In this document: in pieces, positions 39,025 to 49,700 of the stretch | Layout of the letters: each line of letters starts with the position of its first letter | Numbering within the stretch: the stretch's first letter is position 1 | NCBI RefSeq assembly: GCF_964194155.1 | Contig: NC_135901.1 | Coordinates: 17,670,001 to 17,734,000 of the forward strand | Direction: 5' to 3' | Origin: Cetorhinus maximus | Taxonomy: Eukaryota | DNA length: 64,000 nucleotides | The notes under the pieces: model-generated | Databases searched by the model: none | Told to the model about the DNA's origin: nothing | Seen by the model: only the letters and a program-made list of their open reading frames with translations | Translations under genes and position numbers: made by a program

Positions 39025-39450
39025 CTGACAGGGATGACCGCGCATGCGCCCTGCTGCACATTAACCCCGCTCAAGATGGCGGCCGTTAACCCGGGCCTTT
39101 TGCTGGAGACGCGATCCCGCAGCCTTCGCCCCACAGATAGTTTCTTATTTTGGGTTCAGAGCCGCATCGAGTGCTTACGAACGTTCCCCGTCCACCCACC
39201 GGCTCTATTTCTCCCTCCACTCCGCCCTTTATCTTACCTCCTGTGGATCCGACAAACAAGCCTCCATCCACCGCCATTACCCGCACTGCGCACGCTCCAG
39301 ATCACAATGTCTGGTGGATTGACGGAAAATCTGGACCAATAGGAAGAAGGGACGGAGCTGGAGGTCCGATCGTGAGCGTGTGATCGTCCAACCAATCGGA
39401 GTGAATGAGGGGCGGGGCTGAATCCGGATGTCCCTCATTGGCTGAAACTC
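39025..39450 (-). promoter_or_regulatory. CpG-island promoter, probably of the ZNF gene at 33165-34304
   Basis: cgcgcatgcgc near 39040, aagatggcggc near 39073, two CCAAT boxes and ggggcgggg at about 39335-39420. Confidence 0.65.
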
Positions 39451-39674
39451 TGCATCATTTGAAAGCTGACTTGTCACAACCTCCAGGAGAAAACTGGACC
39501 TTTCTGTTTGTGGCTTTAAACAGATGAAACCCTGTGGGTGTGAAGCATACGTTTCAACATTTGTTAATGAAATGTGGGAACATGATGAAACAATGCTCAA
39601 ACAATTCATGGGCTGACTTAAATGAATAACTGGGGAGACAGGTACTGTTAACATTAAAACAAGGAGACAAGCCA

Positions 39675-39750
39675 GGTGTCAGCTGTGGCTCAGTTCATAG
39701 CACCCTCGCCTTTGAATCAGAGGGTTGTGGGTTCACGTCCCACTCCTGGA
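39675..39750 (+). mobile_element. tRNA-derived SINE head
   Basis: A-box tggctcagt and B-box-like gggttcacgtccc; related sequence on - at about 59385-59465. Confidence 0.55.
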
Positions 39751-39802
39751 AAAACCAAGAACTGTGATTGTACTCGAAAGAAGTTGGTCTAGGACAGGTT
39801 CA

Positions 39803-39870
39803 GCCTCTTGGCTAAGATCAAGTGTAGTATCTGTTCTTATCTCGGCCTCTTGGCTAAGATCAAGTGTAGT
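39803..39870 (+). pseudogene. RNU2: Two tandem U2 snRNA 5' fragments (U2 nt 12-50, then nt 7-37) forming the leader of Tx1 copy 1
   Basis: gcctcttggctaagatcaagtgtagtatctgttcttatc followed by (tc)tcggcctcttggctaagatcaagtgtagt versus U2 ATCGCTTCTCGGCCTTTTGGCTAAGATCAAGTGTAGTATCTGTTCTTATC; one T>C change in each piece. Confidence 0.93.
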
Positions 39871-39887
39871 GTTGCAGGGGCGACACC

Positions 39888-41450
39888 ATGGTCCTGCCAT
39901 GGCAAGGTCGGGATGGAAGGGCGAAAACCAATCGCAATCCGAATTCATACCGTGGGTTACCTATCACCGTCCGAGTCACGGTGAACCACAGCGACGAAGG
40001 AGGATCACCTATGGATCGGGGCTTCTTCACCAGGAGGATCCTGTTGAAGGCGTGCGGCTTCCAAGCTACGGAGATCTTCACCCTGCACGACTCCCGCAAA
40101 GGTGGTTATTTTGACGTGACGTTCAAGCAAGTGGCAGACTGCGTCCGGCTCCTGAGGGTGTTCGAGGAGAAGAGAGACCTGCCGGAGATGAAGATCCTGA
40201 CGGCGGAGCCGCACTTTTCTCTGCCGTTGCAACGGGAACGTGAGGTGATGGTGCATGTGTACAACCCCTTCGTCCCTGTCGCCGATGTGGTCACCTTCCT
40301 CACCAGGTACTTCGATAAGGTGGGGAGCGGCACTGAGATTCGAGACGACTTGGGGATCTGGACAGGCAAACGCCTGTTTAAGGTCACGCTAAAGACCGAT
40401 GGTAAGGGAGCCATTTTCCACCCTCCTTCCAGTTTCGCTATCGGGGGAAACCGTGGCTACCTGGTCTACGCTGGGCAACCCAAGCATTGTCGCTCATGCG
40501 GCAAGGCTGGTCATGTGGCGGCCAACTGCAGCGCCTCCCTCTGCAAGATCTGCAAACAGGAAGGGCACCAGACAAAAGACTGCAAACAGGCCAAGTGCTG
40601 CAACCTGTGTGGCGAGGCAAGTCACCTCTACAGGACCTGCCCCAAACGCTGCCGTACTTACGCACAGGCAGCCAAAGCCGACCACGGGGAAGCAGAAGAA
40701 ATGTTCCGTGTCACTCCAACCACCAAGGCCCCCAGGGAGCTCAACGGGACAAAGGAGGACACAGAGAGAGACAAGGTGGAGAAAGAGATTGAGGCAACAG
40801 AGAGCCAATCAACAGCACTACCCCCTGAACCTTCCAGTCCTCAGGACAGCGAATCAATGGAGGAGGAGGCAGCAGTGGAAAAGCAGCAGGGGGAGTGGCG
40901 GACGGTGAAGAACAAGAAAAGTAAGAGGGAGCGAAGAAGAAGCAAAGGCGTTTCCCAGAGAAGCGGCAAGAGGCGTCTCCCATCCGACACGGATGACAAG
41001 GGCAGCAGCTCTTCAGATGAGGAAGTGCCAGAGCGGCACCGACAGAAGAGGCGGCAAAGCTCCAGGGCGTTGGAGGACGAGACACCCGAGCTCCAGAAAA
41101 TTGGAGACAACAAGGAGACCAGCGCACCCCAACTTGGCCTGCAACCTGAGGAGGCCAGTGCACCACAGCCCCTGGAATCTGGGAGCAGTGAGGCAATCAT
41201 CGCACCCCAGCTCCAGGAAGCCGGGAACAGCAACCCCCCAGAGGGGGTGAGTTTTGGAGAAGCTTCTCCAGCAAAGGTCATCTCAAAATCCGCTCACTAC
41301 GTGAACCTCCAGATGCCACTGGAGCAGAACACGGCCAAGGAGATCTACCTCAGCCCATCCAAAGTGAAGGAATTTGAGCTCACTACGGGTATGAAGGAGC
41401 AGACTAAAGGTCTGGGACTCTCAGAGACAGTGGGTTTGGTAGGAGAATAA
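39888..41450 (+). CDS. Tx1 ORF1 (ZCCHC3-like N-terminal RNA-binding region plus three CCHC zinc knuckles)
   Basis: CRSCGKAGHVAANC, CKICKQEGHQTKDC, CNLCGEASHLYRTC; basic and acidic disordered C-terminus; 520 aa. Confidence 0.9.
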   Translation: MVLPWQGRDGRAKTNRNPNSYRGLPITVRVTVNHSDEGGSPMDRGFFTRRILLKACGFQATEIFTLHDSRKGGYFDVTFKQVADCVRLLRVFEEKRDLPEMKILTAEPHFSLPLQREREVMVHVYNPFVPVADVVTFLTRYFDKVGSGTEIRDDLGIWTGKRLFKVTLKTDGKGAIFHPPSSFAIGGNRGYLVYAGQPKHCRSCGKAGHVAANCSASLCKICKQEGHQTKDCKQAKCCNLCGEASHLYRTCPKRCRTYAQAAKADHGEAEEMFRVTPTTKAPRELNGTKEDTERDKVEKEIEATESQSTALPPEPSSPQDSESMEEEAAVEKQQGEWRTVKNKKSKRERRRSKGVSQRSGKRRLPSDTDDKGSSSSDEEVPERHRQKRRQSSRALEDETPELQKIGDNKETSAPQLGLQPEEASAPQPLESGSSEAIIAPQLQEAGNSNPPEGVSFGEASPAKVISKSAHYVNLQMPLEQNTAKEIYLSPSKVKEFELTTGMKEQTKGLGLSETVGLVGE

Positions 41451-41460
41451 ATGCTTTAAT

Positions 41461-44400
41461 ATGGGTTTAAAGATTGTATCCATAAATGTGCGTAGCATTA
41501 AATCTACTACGCGATGTGTTGCGACCTTGGACTACCTAGCCAAGGTCAAAGCTGACCTGTTGTTTCTGCAGGAGTGTGCGATACCGCACCTCAGCTCCTA
41601 CAGGCAATGGTCACGATGGTGGTCCCACGGGCCATCGATCTGGTCGGGCGGAAACGACTCTCGTTCCTCCGGCCTGGGTATTCTGCTGCGGGGAGGCAAC
41701 TTCACCGTCTCCGAGGTCAAGGAGGTGGTGGGAGGGCGACTCCTGGTAGCAGACGTAATGTACAAGAACGCTCCACTCCGGTTAATAAACGTGTACGGCC
41801 CGGCACAAGGGGCTGAGCGGCTGGAGGTTTTTCAGCAGCTCCCACTGCTGCTGGCGACCTCCAGGCCGGTCATTCTGGGCGGGGACTTCAACTGCATCAT
41901 CGATGCGGCTGGACGATCCAGCAGGGCCGGAAGCAGATTGGACGCTACGTCCAGATCCCTGATGGAAACAGTTAAGGATGCCAAGCTGCACGACGTCTTC
42001 AGCAACCCTGCAGACGGAGCGCAGCGTAGATACACCTGGTCGCGGCCAGACGGGTCCATTCGTTCCAGGATAGACTTCCTGTTTGTGTCCCGTGCATTCA
42101 CAGTCAGATCCACCGACGTCAAGCCGGTGTTCTTCTCTGACCACTGCCTCCTACTGGCGGACTGCCACTTGGAGGAAGACCTGAGGGTGGGCAGGGGGGC
42201 ATGGAAGCTAAATGTGCAACTGCTGACCCCAGAGAACATTGAGGAGCTCAAGAGGGAGTACAAAGGTTGGAGAACCGTGAAACCCCTCTTTGAGTCCCTG
42301 ACACACTGGTGGGAAGTGATCAAGGGAAGCATCAAGAGGTTTTTCATCCGCAAAGGCACCCAGAAAGCTAGAAAGGAACAGAGGGAAATGTCCCGACTCC
42401 AGGAAAAGATGCAGAATCTGCTCCGGCTGCGGTCGATGGGGGTCGATGTCAAGGAGGAGCTCCAAGAGGTGAAGGGCCAGCAAGCCTCGCACTTTGCCTC
42501 GGAGGCCTCCAAGATCATCTTCCGTTCCAGAGTCCGCTCCGTGGAGCAGGATGAGACGTGCTCACGTTTCTTCTTCCAAAAGGTACACAGAGAGCGCTCT
42601 GTGATCAGCAGCCTGAAGGAAGAAGACGGCTCAGTAAAGTCATCACGGTCCGACATTCTGAGGATCAGCAAATCCTTTTATGCCGGTCTGTATGACGTGA
42701 AGCCCACGGACAGCACGGCCTCCCAGTCCTTCCTGTCCTCTATCACGGAGGTCTTAGACCACAGTACGCGGGAGAGCCTAGACAAACCGCTAACTCCTGA
42801 CGAACTGACTAAGGCCCTCGAGTCCTTCGAGAAGAGTAAAACCCCCGGAAGCGACGGCCTGCCGGCGGAGTTGTATTCGGCTCTGTGGGACTTGATCGGC
42901 CCAGACCTGCTAGAAGTGTACGAGAGTATGCTCCTGGCCGGCAGCATGTCAGAATCCATGAGGAAAGGCATCATCACCCTCATCTACAAGCACAAGGGGG
43001 AAAGGGAGGAAATTAGAAATTGGCGACCCATTTCACTGTTGAATGTGGACTATAAGATTCTGTCCAAGGTCATCGCCAACCGGGTCAAATCCGCTCTGGA
43101 ATTGGTGATTCACCCTGACCAGACCTGCTCTGTGCCAGGCAGGAAGATCTCTGACAGCCTGGCGCTGCTCAGGGATACGATTGCCTATGTACAGGACAGG
43201 GGTGTGGATACCTGCCTCATCAGCTTGGATCAGGAGAAGGCCTTTGACAGAATATCGCACACCTACATGGGGGATGTGCTCTCCAAAATGGGCTTTGGGG
43301 AGGGAATTCGAAATTGGATCCAACTGCTCTACACTAACATCAGTAGCGCAGTCTCAATCAATGGGTGGGAAACAGATAGCTTTCCGATTAAATCTGGAGT
43401 CAGGCAGGGCTGTCCTCTCTCGCCTGTCCTTTTCGTGTGCTGCATAGAACCCTTTGCCGAGTCCATCAGGAAGGATCCGGGCATAAGAGGAGTGACGATC
43501 CCAGGCAGTGGAGGCACTCAGGTAAAAGCCTCCCTGTACATGGACGACGTCGCCGTCTTCTGCTCGGATCCGCTGTCGGTGCGCAGACTGATGCACGTCT
43601 GCGACCAGTTCGAACTGGCCTCGGGAGCCAAGGTAAATCGTGGGAAGAGCGAGGCCATGTTCTTTGGGAACTGGGCTGACCGATCCTTTGTCCCCTTCAC
43701 TGTCAGGGCTGACGGCCTGAAGGTGCTGGGGATATGGTTCGGAGGGACCGGGGCATGCGTTAGAAACTGGAAGGAGCGAGTGGCTATGGTGAAAAGGAAA
43801 CTGGGCATGTGGGAGCGACGCTCCCTCTCCATTGCGGGTAAGAACCTGGTCATCAGGTGTGAGGTACTCTCGCTGTTGCTGTACGTGGCGCAGGTCTGGC
43901 CCATTCCACACTCCTGCGCGATGGCGATCACTCGAGCCATCTTCCGCTTTATCTGGAGGTCGAAAATGGATCGTGTCTGCAGGGACGCGATGTACAAGCC
44001 TCTAGATAAAGGGGGAAAAAACGTGCCCAACATCGCCCTCATACTGATGGCCACCTTTGTGTGTGGCTGCATCAAGCGGTGCGTAGACCCTCAGTACGCA
44101 AACACCAAGTGTCACTACGTGCTGAGGTTCTACCTGTCCCCGGTGTTGCGAAGGATGGGTCTGGCCACGCTGCCGCGGAACGCTCCAAGTAGTTGGACCG
44201 CACCGTACCACCTGTCCCTGGTGGAAAAATTTATGCAGAAAAACACCTTTGACCACAAGTCCATCAGGCAGTGGTCAGCACGTAACGTCCTAGAGGCCCT
44301 GAGGGATAAGGAGAGGGTGGACCCTGTGGGATGGTTCCCCGAGCAGACTGTCAAAGTCATTTGGCAGAATGCCTCATCGCCAGAACTTTCCAACAAGCAC

Positions 44401-44868
44401 CAAGACGTAGCTTGGCTGGTGGTGAGAAAGGCCCTCCCCGTCAGATCCTTCCTACACGCCAGGAGTCTCACCCCCTCTGCACGATGCCCTCGAGGTGGCT
44501 GTGGTGGGGAAGAGACCGTTGTTCACCTCCTTGTGGATTGTGCCTTTGCAAAGAAAGTCTGGAGAGAGATGCAGTGGTTGCTGTCGAGGTTCATCCCGAG
44601 CAGTTCTGTGACACAGGACTCTGTGCTCTACGGGCTGTTCCCAGGGACACACACCGAGACAAACATCGACTGCAGCTGGAGGATCATCAACTCGGTGAAA
44701 GACGCGCTTTGGTCTGCCCGAAACTTGTTGGTCTTCCAGCACAAAGAGTTGTCCCCGACCGATTGTTGCGGACTGGCACAATCCAAAGTCCAGGACTACG
44801 TGCTGAGGGACGCACTAAAGCTTGGGGCAGCTGCCGCAAAGGCGCAATGGGGAAGGGTCGCTGTCTAA
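41461..44868 (+). CDS. Tx1 ORF2: APE endonuclease, reverse transcriptase, C-terminal zinc finger
   Basis: SINVRS, LFLQE, GGDFN, SRIDF, FSDH; NWRPISLLN, LDQEKAFD, GVRQGCPLSP, YMDD; CPRGGC...HLLVDC; 1135 aa uninterrupted. Confidence 0.97.
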   Translation: MGLKIVSINVRSIKSTTRCVATLDYLAKVKADLLFLQECAIPHLSSYRQWSRWWSHGPSIWSGGNDSRSSGLGILLRGGNFTVSEVKEVVGGRLLVADVMYKNAPLRLINVYGPAQGAERLEVFQQLPLLLATSRPVILGGDFNCIIDAAGRSSRAGSRLDATSRSLMETVKDAKLHDVFSNPADGAQRRYTWSRPDGSIRSRIDFLFVSRAFTVRSTDVKPVFFSDHCLLLADCHLEEDLRVGRGAWKLNVQLLTPENIEELKREYKGWRTVKPLFESLTHWWEVIKGSIKRFFIRKGTQKARKEQREMSRLQEKMQNLLRLRSMGVDVKEELQEVKGQQASHFASEASKIIFRSRVRSVEQDETCSRFFFQKVHRERSVISSLKEEDGSVKSSRSDILRISKSFYAGLYDVKPTDSTASQSFLSSITEVLDHSTRESLDKPLTPDELTKALESFEKSKTPGSDGLPAELYSALWDLIGPDLLEVYESMLLAGSMSESMRKGIITLIYKHKGEREEIRNWRPISLLNVDYKILSKVIANRVKSALELVIHPDQTCSVPGRKISDSLALLRDTIAYVQDRGVDTCLISLDQEKAFDRISHTYMGDVLSKMGFGEGIRNWIQLLYTNISSAVSINGWETDSFPIKSGVRQGCPLSPVLFVCCIEPFAESIRKDPGIRGVTIPGSGGTQVKASLYMDDVAVFCSDPLSVRRLMHVCDQFELASGAKVNRGKSEAMFFGNWADRSFVPFTVRADGLKVLGIWFGGTGACVRNWKERVAMVKRKLGMWERRSLSIAGKNLVIRCEVLSLLLYVAQVWPIPHSCAMAITRAIFRFIWRSKMDRVCRDAMYKPLDKGGKNVPNIALILMATFVCGCIKRCVDPQYANTKCHYVLRFYLSPVLRRMGLATLPRNAPSSWTAPYHLSLVEKFMQKNTFDHKSIRQWSARNVLEALRDKERVDPVGWFPEQTVKVIWQNASSPELSNKHQDVAWLVVRKALPVRSFLHARSLTPSARCPRGGCGGEETVVHLLVDCAFAKKVWREMQWLLSRFIPSSSVTQDSVLYGLFPGTHTETNIDCSWRIINSVKDALWSARNLLVFQHKELSPTDCCGLAQSKVQDYVLRDALKLGAAAAKAQWGRVAV

Positions 44869-45103
44869 GACCTTTCTACCACAGCGCACCGAGAGACTGG
44901 GAACTGTTTAGAGCCCCTCGGGCTGTACAGATCAAAATGAAAGGCTGTAAATGATTGTAATATTGTTTGTACTGATGCACCTGGTGATACATTTTGTAAA
45001 AGTTTAACCTGGATTGTACCCTTGTAATGTTGTTTTTGAAATGGTTTTGAATGTGATTGAAGATTTTTTATGAATAAAGTATATTTTTACAAAAAAAAAA
45101 AAA

Positions 45104-45116
45104 GGTTCAGGAGAAT
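45104..45116. repeat. Target-site duplication ggttcaggagaat between the two Tx1 copies
   Basis: Same 13-mer at 50371-50383; partial aggttcag at 39796-39803. Confidence 0.9.
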
Positions 45117-45143
45117 CTCGGCCTTTTGGCTAAGATCAAGTGT
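45116..45143 (+). pseudogene. RNU2: U2 snRNA 5' fragment (nt 7-34) forming the leader of Tx1 copy 2
   Basis: tctcggccttttggctaagatcaagtgt is an exact match to canonical U2. Confidence 0.9.
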
Positions 45144-45158
45144 TGCAGGAGCGACACC

Positions 45159-46721
45159 ATGGTCCTGCCATGGCAAGGTCGGGATGGAAGGGCGAAAACC
45201 AATCGCAATCCGAATTCATACCGTGGGTTACCTATCACCGTCCGAGTCACGGTGAACCACAGCGACGAAGGAGGATCACCTATGGATCGGGGCTTCTTCA
45301 CCAGGAGGATCCTGTTGAAGGCGTGCGGCTTCCAAGCTACGGAGATCTTCACCCTGCACGACTCCCGCAAAGGTGGTTATTTTGACGTGACGTTCAAGCG
45401 AGTGGCAGACTGCGTCCGGCTCCTGAGGGTTTTCGAGGAGAAGAGAGACCTGCCGGAGATGAAGATCCTGACGGCGGAGCCGCACTTTTCTCTGCCGTTG
45501 CAACGGGAACGTGAGGTGATGGTGCATGTGTACAACCCCTTCGTCCCTGTCGCCGACGTGGTCACCTTCCTCACCAGGTACTTCGATAAGGTGGGGAGCG
45601 GCACCGAGATTCGAGACGACTTGGGGATCTGGACAGGCAAACGCCTGTTTAAGGTCACGCTAAAGACCGATGGTAAGGGAGCCATTTTCCACCCTCCCTC
45701 CAGTTTCGCTATCGGGGGAAACCGGGGCTACCTGGTCTACGCTGGGCAACCCAAGCATTGTCGCTCATGCGGCAAGGCTGGTCATGTGGCGGCCAACTGC
45801 AGCGCCTCCCTCTGCAAGATCTGCAAACAGGAAGGGCACCAGACAAAAGACTGCAAACAGGCCAAGTGCTGCAACCTGTGTGGCGAGGCAAGTCACCTCT
45901 ACAGGACCTGCCCCAAACGCTGCCGTACTTACGCACAGGCAGCCAAAGCCGACCACGGGGAAGCAGAAGAAATGTTCCGTGTCACTCCAACCACCAAGGC
46001 CCCCAGGGAGCTCAACGGGACAAAGGAGGACACAGAGAGAGACAAGGTGGAGAAAGAGATTGAGGCAACAGAGAGCCAATCAACAGCACTACCCCCTGAA
46101 CCTTCCAGTCCTCAGGACAGCGAATCAATGGAGGAGGAGGCAGCAGTGGAAAAGCAGCAGGGGGAGTGGCGGACGGTGAAGAACAAGAAAAGTAAGAGGG
46201 AGCGAAGAAGAAGCAAAGGCGTTTCCCAGAGAAGCGGCAAGAGGCGTCTCCCATCCGACACGGATGACAAGGGCAGCAGCTCTTCGGATGATGAAGTGCC
46301 AGAGCGGCACCGACAGAAGAGGCGGCAAAGCTCCAGGGCGTTGGAGGACGAGACACCCGAGCTCCAGAAAATTGGAGACAACAAGGAGCCCAGCGCACCC
46401 CAACTTTGCCCGCAACCTGAGGAGGCCAGTGCACCACAGCCCCTGGAATCTGGGAGCAGTGAGGCAATCATCGCACCCCAGCTCCAGGAAGCCGGGAACA
46501 GCAACCCCCCAGAGGGGGTGAGTTTTGGAGAAGCTTCTCCAGCAAAGGTCATCTCAAAATCCGCTCACTACGTGAACCTCCAGATGCCACTGGAGCAGAA
46601 CACGGCCAAGGAGATCTACCTCAGCCCATCCAAAGTGAAGGAATTTGAGCTCACTACGGGTATGAAGGAGCAGACTAAAGGTCTGGGACTCTCAGAGACA
46701 GTGGGTTTGGTAGGAGAATAA
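45159..46721 (+). CDS. Tx1 ORF1, copy 2
   Basis: ATG at 45159 gives 520 aa; about 5 aa differ from copy 1. Confidence 0.9.
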   Translation: MVLPWQGRDGRAKTNRNPNSYRGLPITVRVTVNHSDEGGSPMDRGFFTRRILLKACGFQATEIFTLHDSRKGGYFDVTFKRVADCVRLLRVFEEKRDLPEMKILTAEPHFSLPLQREREVMVHVYNPFVPVADVVTFLTRYFDKVGSGTEIRDDLGIWTGKRLFKVTLKTDGKGAIFHPPSSFAIGGNRGYLVYAGQPKHCRSCGKAGHVAANCSASLCKICKQEGHQTKDCKQAKCCNLCGEASHLYRTCPKRCRTYAQAAKADHGEAEEMFRVTPTTKAPRELNGTKEDTERDKVEKEIEATESQSTALPPEPSSPQDSESMEEEAAVEKQQGEWRTVKNKKSKRERRRSKGVSQRSGKRRLPSDTDDKGSSSSDDEVPERHRQKRRQSSRALEDETPELQKIGDNKEPSAPQLCPQPEEASAPQPLESGSSEAIIAPQLQEAGNSNPPEGVSFGEASPAKVISKSAHYVNLQMPLEQNTAKEIYLSPSKVKEFELTTGMKEQTKGLGLSETVGLVGE

Positions 46722-46731
46722 ATGCTTTAAT

Positions 46732-49700
46732 ATGGGTTTAAAGATTGTATCCATAAATGTGCGTAGCATTAAATCTACTACGCGATGTGTTGCGACCTTG
46801 GACTACCTAGCCAAGGTCAAAGCTGACCTGTTGTTTCTGCAGGAGTGTGCGATACCGCACCTCAGCTCTTACAGGCAATGGTCACGATGGTGGTCCCACG
46901 GGCCATCGATCTGGTCGGGCGGAAACGACTCTCGTTCCTCCGGCCTGGGTATTCTGCTGCGGGGAGGCAACTTCACCGTCTCCGAGGTCAAGGAGGTGGT
47001 GGGCGGGCGACTCCTGGTAGCAGACGTAATGTACAAGAATGCTCCACTCCGGTTAATTAACGTGTACGGCCCGGCACAAGGGGCTGAGCGGCTGGAGGTT
47101 TTTCAGCAGCTCCCACTGCTGCTGGCGACCTCCAGGCCGGTCATTCTGGGCGGGGACTTCAACTGCATCATCGATGCGGCTGGACGTTCCGGCAGGGCCG
47201 GAAGCAGATTGGACGCTACGTCCAGATCCCTGATGGAAACAGTTAAGGATGCCAAGCTGCACGACGTCTTCAGCAACCCTGCAGACGGAGCGCAGCGTAG
47301 ATACACCTGGTCGCGGCCAGACGGGTCCATTCGTTCCAGGATAGACTTCCTGTTTGTGTCCCGTGCATTCACAGTCAGATCCACCGAGGTCAAGCCGGTG
47401 TTCTTCTCTGACCACTGCCTCCTACTGGCGGACTGCCACTTGGAGGAAGACCTGAGGGTGGGCAGGGGGGCATGGAAGCTAAATGTGCAACTGCTGACCC
47501 CAGAGAACATTGAGGAGCTCAAGAGGGATTACAAAGGTTGGAGAACCGTGAAACCCCTCTTTGAGTCCCTGACACACTGGTGGGAAGTGATCAAGGGAAG
47601 CATCAAGAGGTTTTTCATCCTCAAAGGCACCCAGAAAGCTAGAAAGGAACAGAGGGAAATGTCCCGACTCCAGGAAAAGATGCAGAATCTGCTCCGGCTG
47701 CAGTCGATGGGGGTCGATGTCAAGGAGGAGCTCCAAGAGGTGAAGGGCCAGCAAGCCTCGCACTTTGCCTCGGAGGCCTCCAAGATCATCTTCCGTTCCA
47801 GAGTCCGCTCCGTGGAGCAGGATGAGACGTGCTCACGTTTCTTCTTCCAAAAGGTACACAGAGAGCGCTCTGTGATCAGCAGCCTGAAGGAAGAAGACGG
47901 CTCAGTAAAGTCATCACGGTCCGACATTCTGAGGATCAGCAAATCCTTTTATGCCGGACTGTATGACGTGAAGCCCACGGACAGCACGGCCTCCCAGTCC
48001 TTCCTGTCCTCTATCACGGAGGTCCTAGACCACAGTACGCAGGAGAGCCTAGACAAACCGCTAACTCCTGACGAACTGACTAAGGCCCTCGAGTCCTTCG
48101 AGAAGAGTAAAAGCCCCGGAAGCGACGGCCTGCCGGCGGAGTTGTATTCGGCTCTGTGGGACTTGATCGGCCCAGACCTGCTAGAAGTGTACGAGAGTAT
48201 GCTCCTGGCCGGCAGCATGTCAGAATCCATGAGGAAAGGCATCATCACCCTCATCTACAAGCACAAGGGGGAAAGGGAGGAAATTAGAAATTGGCGACCC
48301 ATTTCACTGTTGAATATGGACTATAAGATTCTGTCCAAGGTCATCGCCAACCGGGTCAAATCCGCTCTGGAATTGGTGATTCACCCTGACCAGACCTGCT
48401 CTGTGCCAGGCAGGAAGATCTCTGACAGCCTGGCGCTGCTCAGGGATACGATTGCCTATGTACAGGACAGGGGTGTGGATACCTGCCTCATCAGCTTGGA
48501 TCAGGAGAAGGCCTTTGACAGAATATCGCACACCTACATGGGGGATGTGCTCTCCAAAATGGGCTTTGGGGAGGGAATTCGAAATTGGATCCAACTGCTC
48601 TACACTAACATCAGTAGCGCAGTCTCAATCAATGGGTGGGAAACAGATAGCTTTCCGATTAAATCTGGAGTCAGGCAGGGCTGCCCTCTCTCGCCTGTCC
48701 TTTTTGTGTGCTGCATAGAACCCTTTGCCGAGTCCATCAGGAAGGATCCGGGCATAAGAGGAGTGACGATCCCAGGCAGTGGAGGCACTCAGGTAAAAGC
48801 CTCCCTGTACATGGACGACGTCGCCGTCTTCTGCTCGGATCCGCTGTCGGTGCGCAGACTGATGCACGTCTGCGACCAGTTCGAACTGGCCTCGGGAGCC
48901 AAGGTAAATCGTGGGAAGAGCGAGGCCATGTTCTTTGGGAACTGGGCTGACCGATCCTTTGTCCCCTTCACTGTCAGGGCTGACGGCCTGAAGGTGCTGG
49001 GGATATGGTTCGGAGGGACCGGGGCATGCGTTAGAAACTGGAAGGAGCGAGTGGCTATGGTGAAAAGGAAACTGGGCATGTGGGAGCGACGCTCCCTCTC
49101 CATTGCGGGTAAGAACCTGGTCATCGGGTGTGAGGTACTCTCGCTGTTGCTGTACGTGGCGCAGGTCTGGCCCATTCCACACTCCTGCGCGATGGCGATC
49201 ACTCGAGCCATCTTCCGCTTTATCTGGAGGTCGAAAATGGATCGTGTCTGCAGGGACGCGATGTACAAGCCTCTAGATAAAGGGGGAAAAAACGTGCCCA
49301 ACATCGCCCTCATACTGATGGCCACCTTTGTGTGTGGCTGCATCAAGCGGTGCGTAGACCCTCAGTACGCAAACACCAAGTGTCACTACGTGCTGAGGTT
49401 CTACCTGTCCCCGGTGTTGCGAAGGATGGGTCTGGCCACGCTGCCGCGGAACGCTCCAAGTAGTTGGACCGTGCCGTACCACCTGTCCCTGGTGGAAAAA
49501 TTTATGCAGAAAAACACCTTTGACCACAAGTCCATCAGGCAGTGGTCAGCACGTAACGTCCTAGAGGCCCTGAGGGATAAGGAGAGGGTGGACCCTGTGG
49601 GATGGTTCCCCGAGCAGACTGTCAAAGTCATTTGGCAGAATGCCTCATCGCCAGAACTTTCCAACAAGCACCAAGACGTAGCTTGGCTGGTGGTGAGAAA

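Larger units (their letters stand above)
39803..45103 (+). mobile_element. Full-length intact Tx1-clade (Keno-like) non-LTR retrotransposon, copy 1
   Basis: U2 leader, 17-nt UTR, ORF1, 10-nt spacer, ORF2, 3' UTR with AATAAA (45073) and poly(A) 45091-45103. Confidence 0.95.

Noticed and set aside
39803-39870. Functional U2 snRNA gene
   Set aside because: Only nt 7-50 are present; no Sm site, 3' half or recognisable upstream PSE.
45126-45158. 11-aa N-terminal extension of ORF1 copy 2
   Set aside because: It starts at a TTG inside the U2 leader; the ATG at 45159 matches copy 1.
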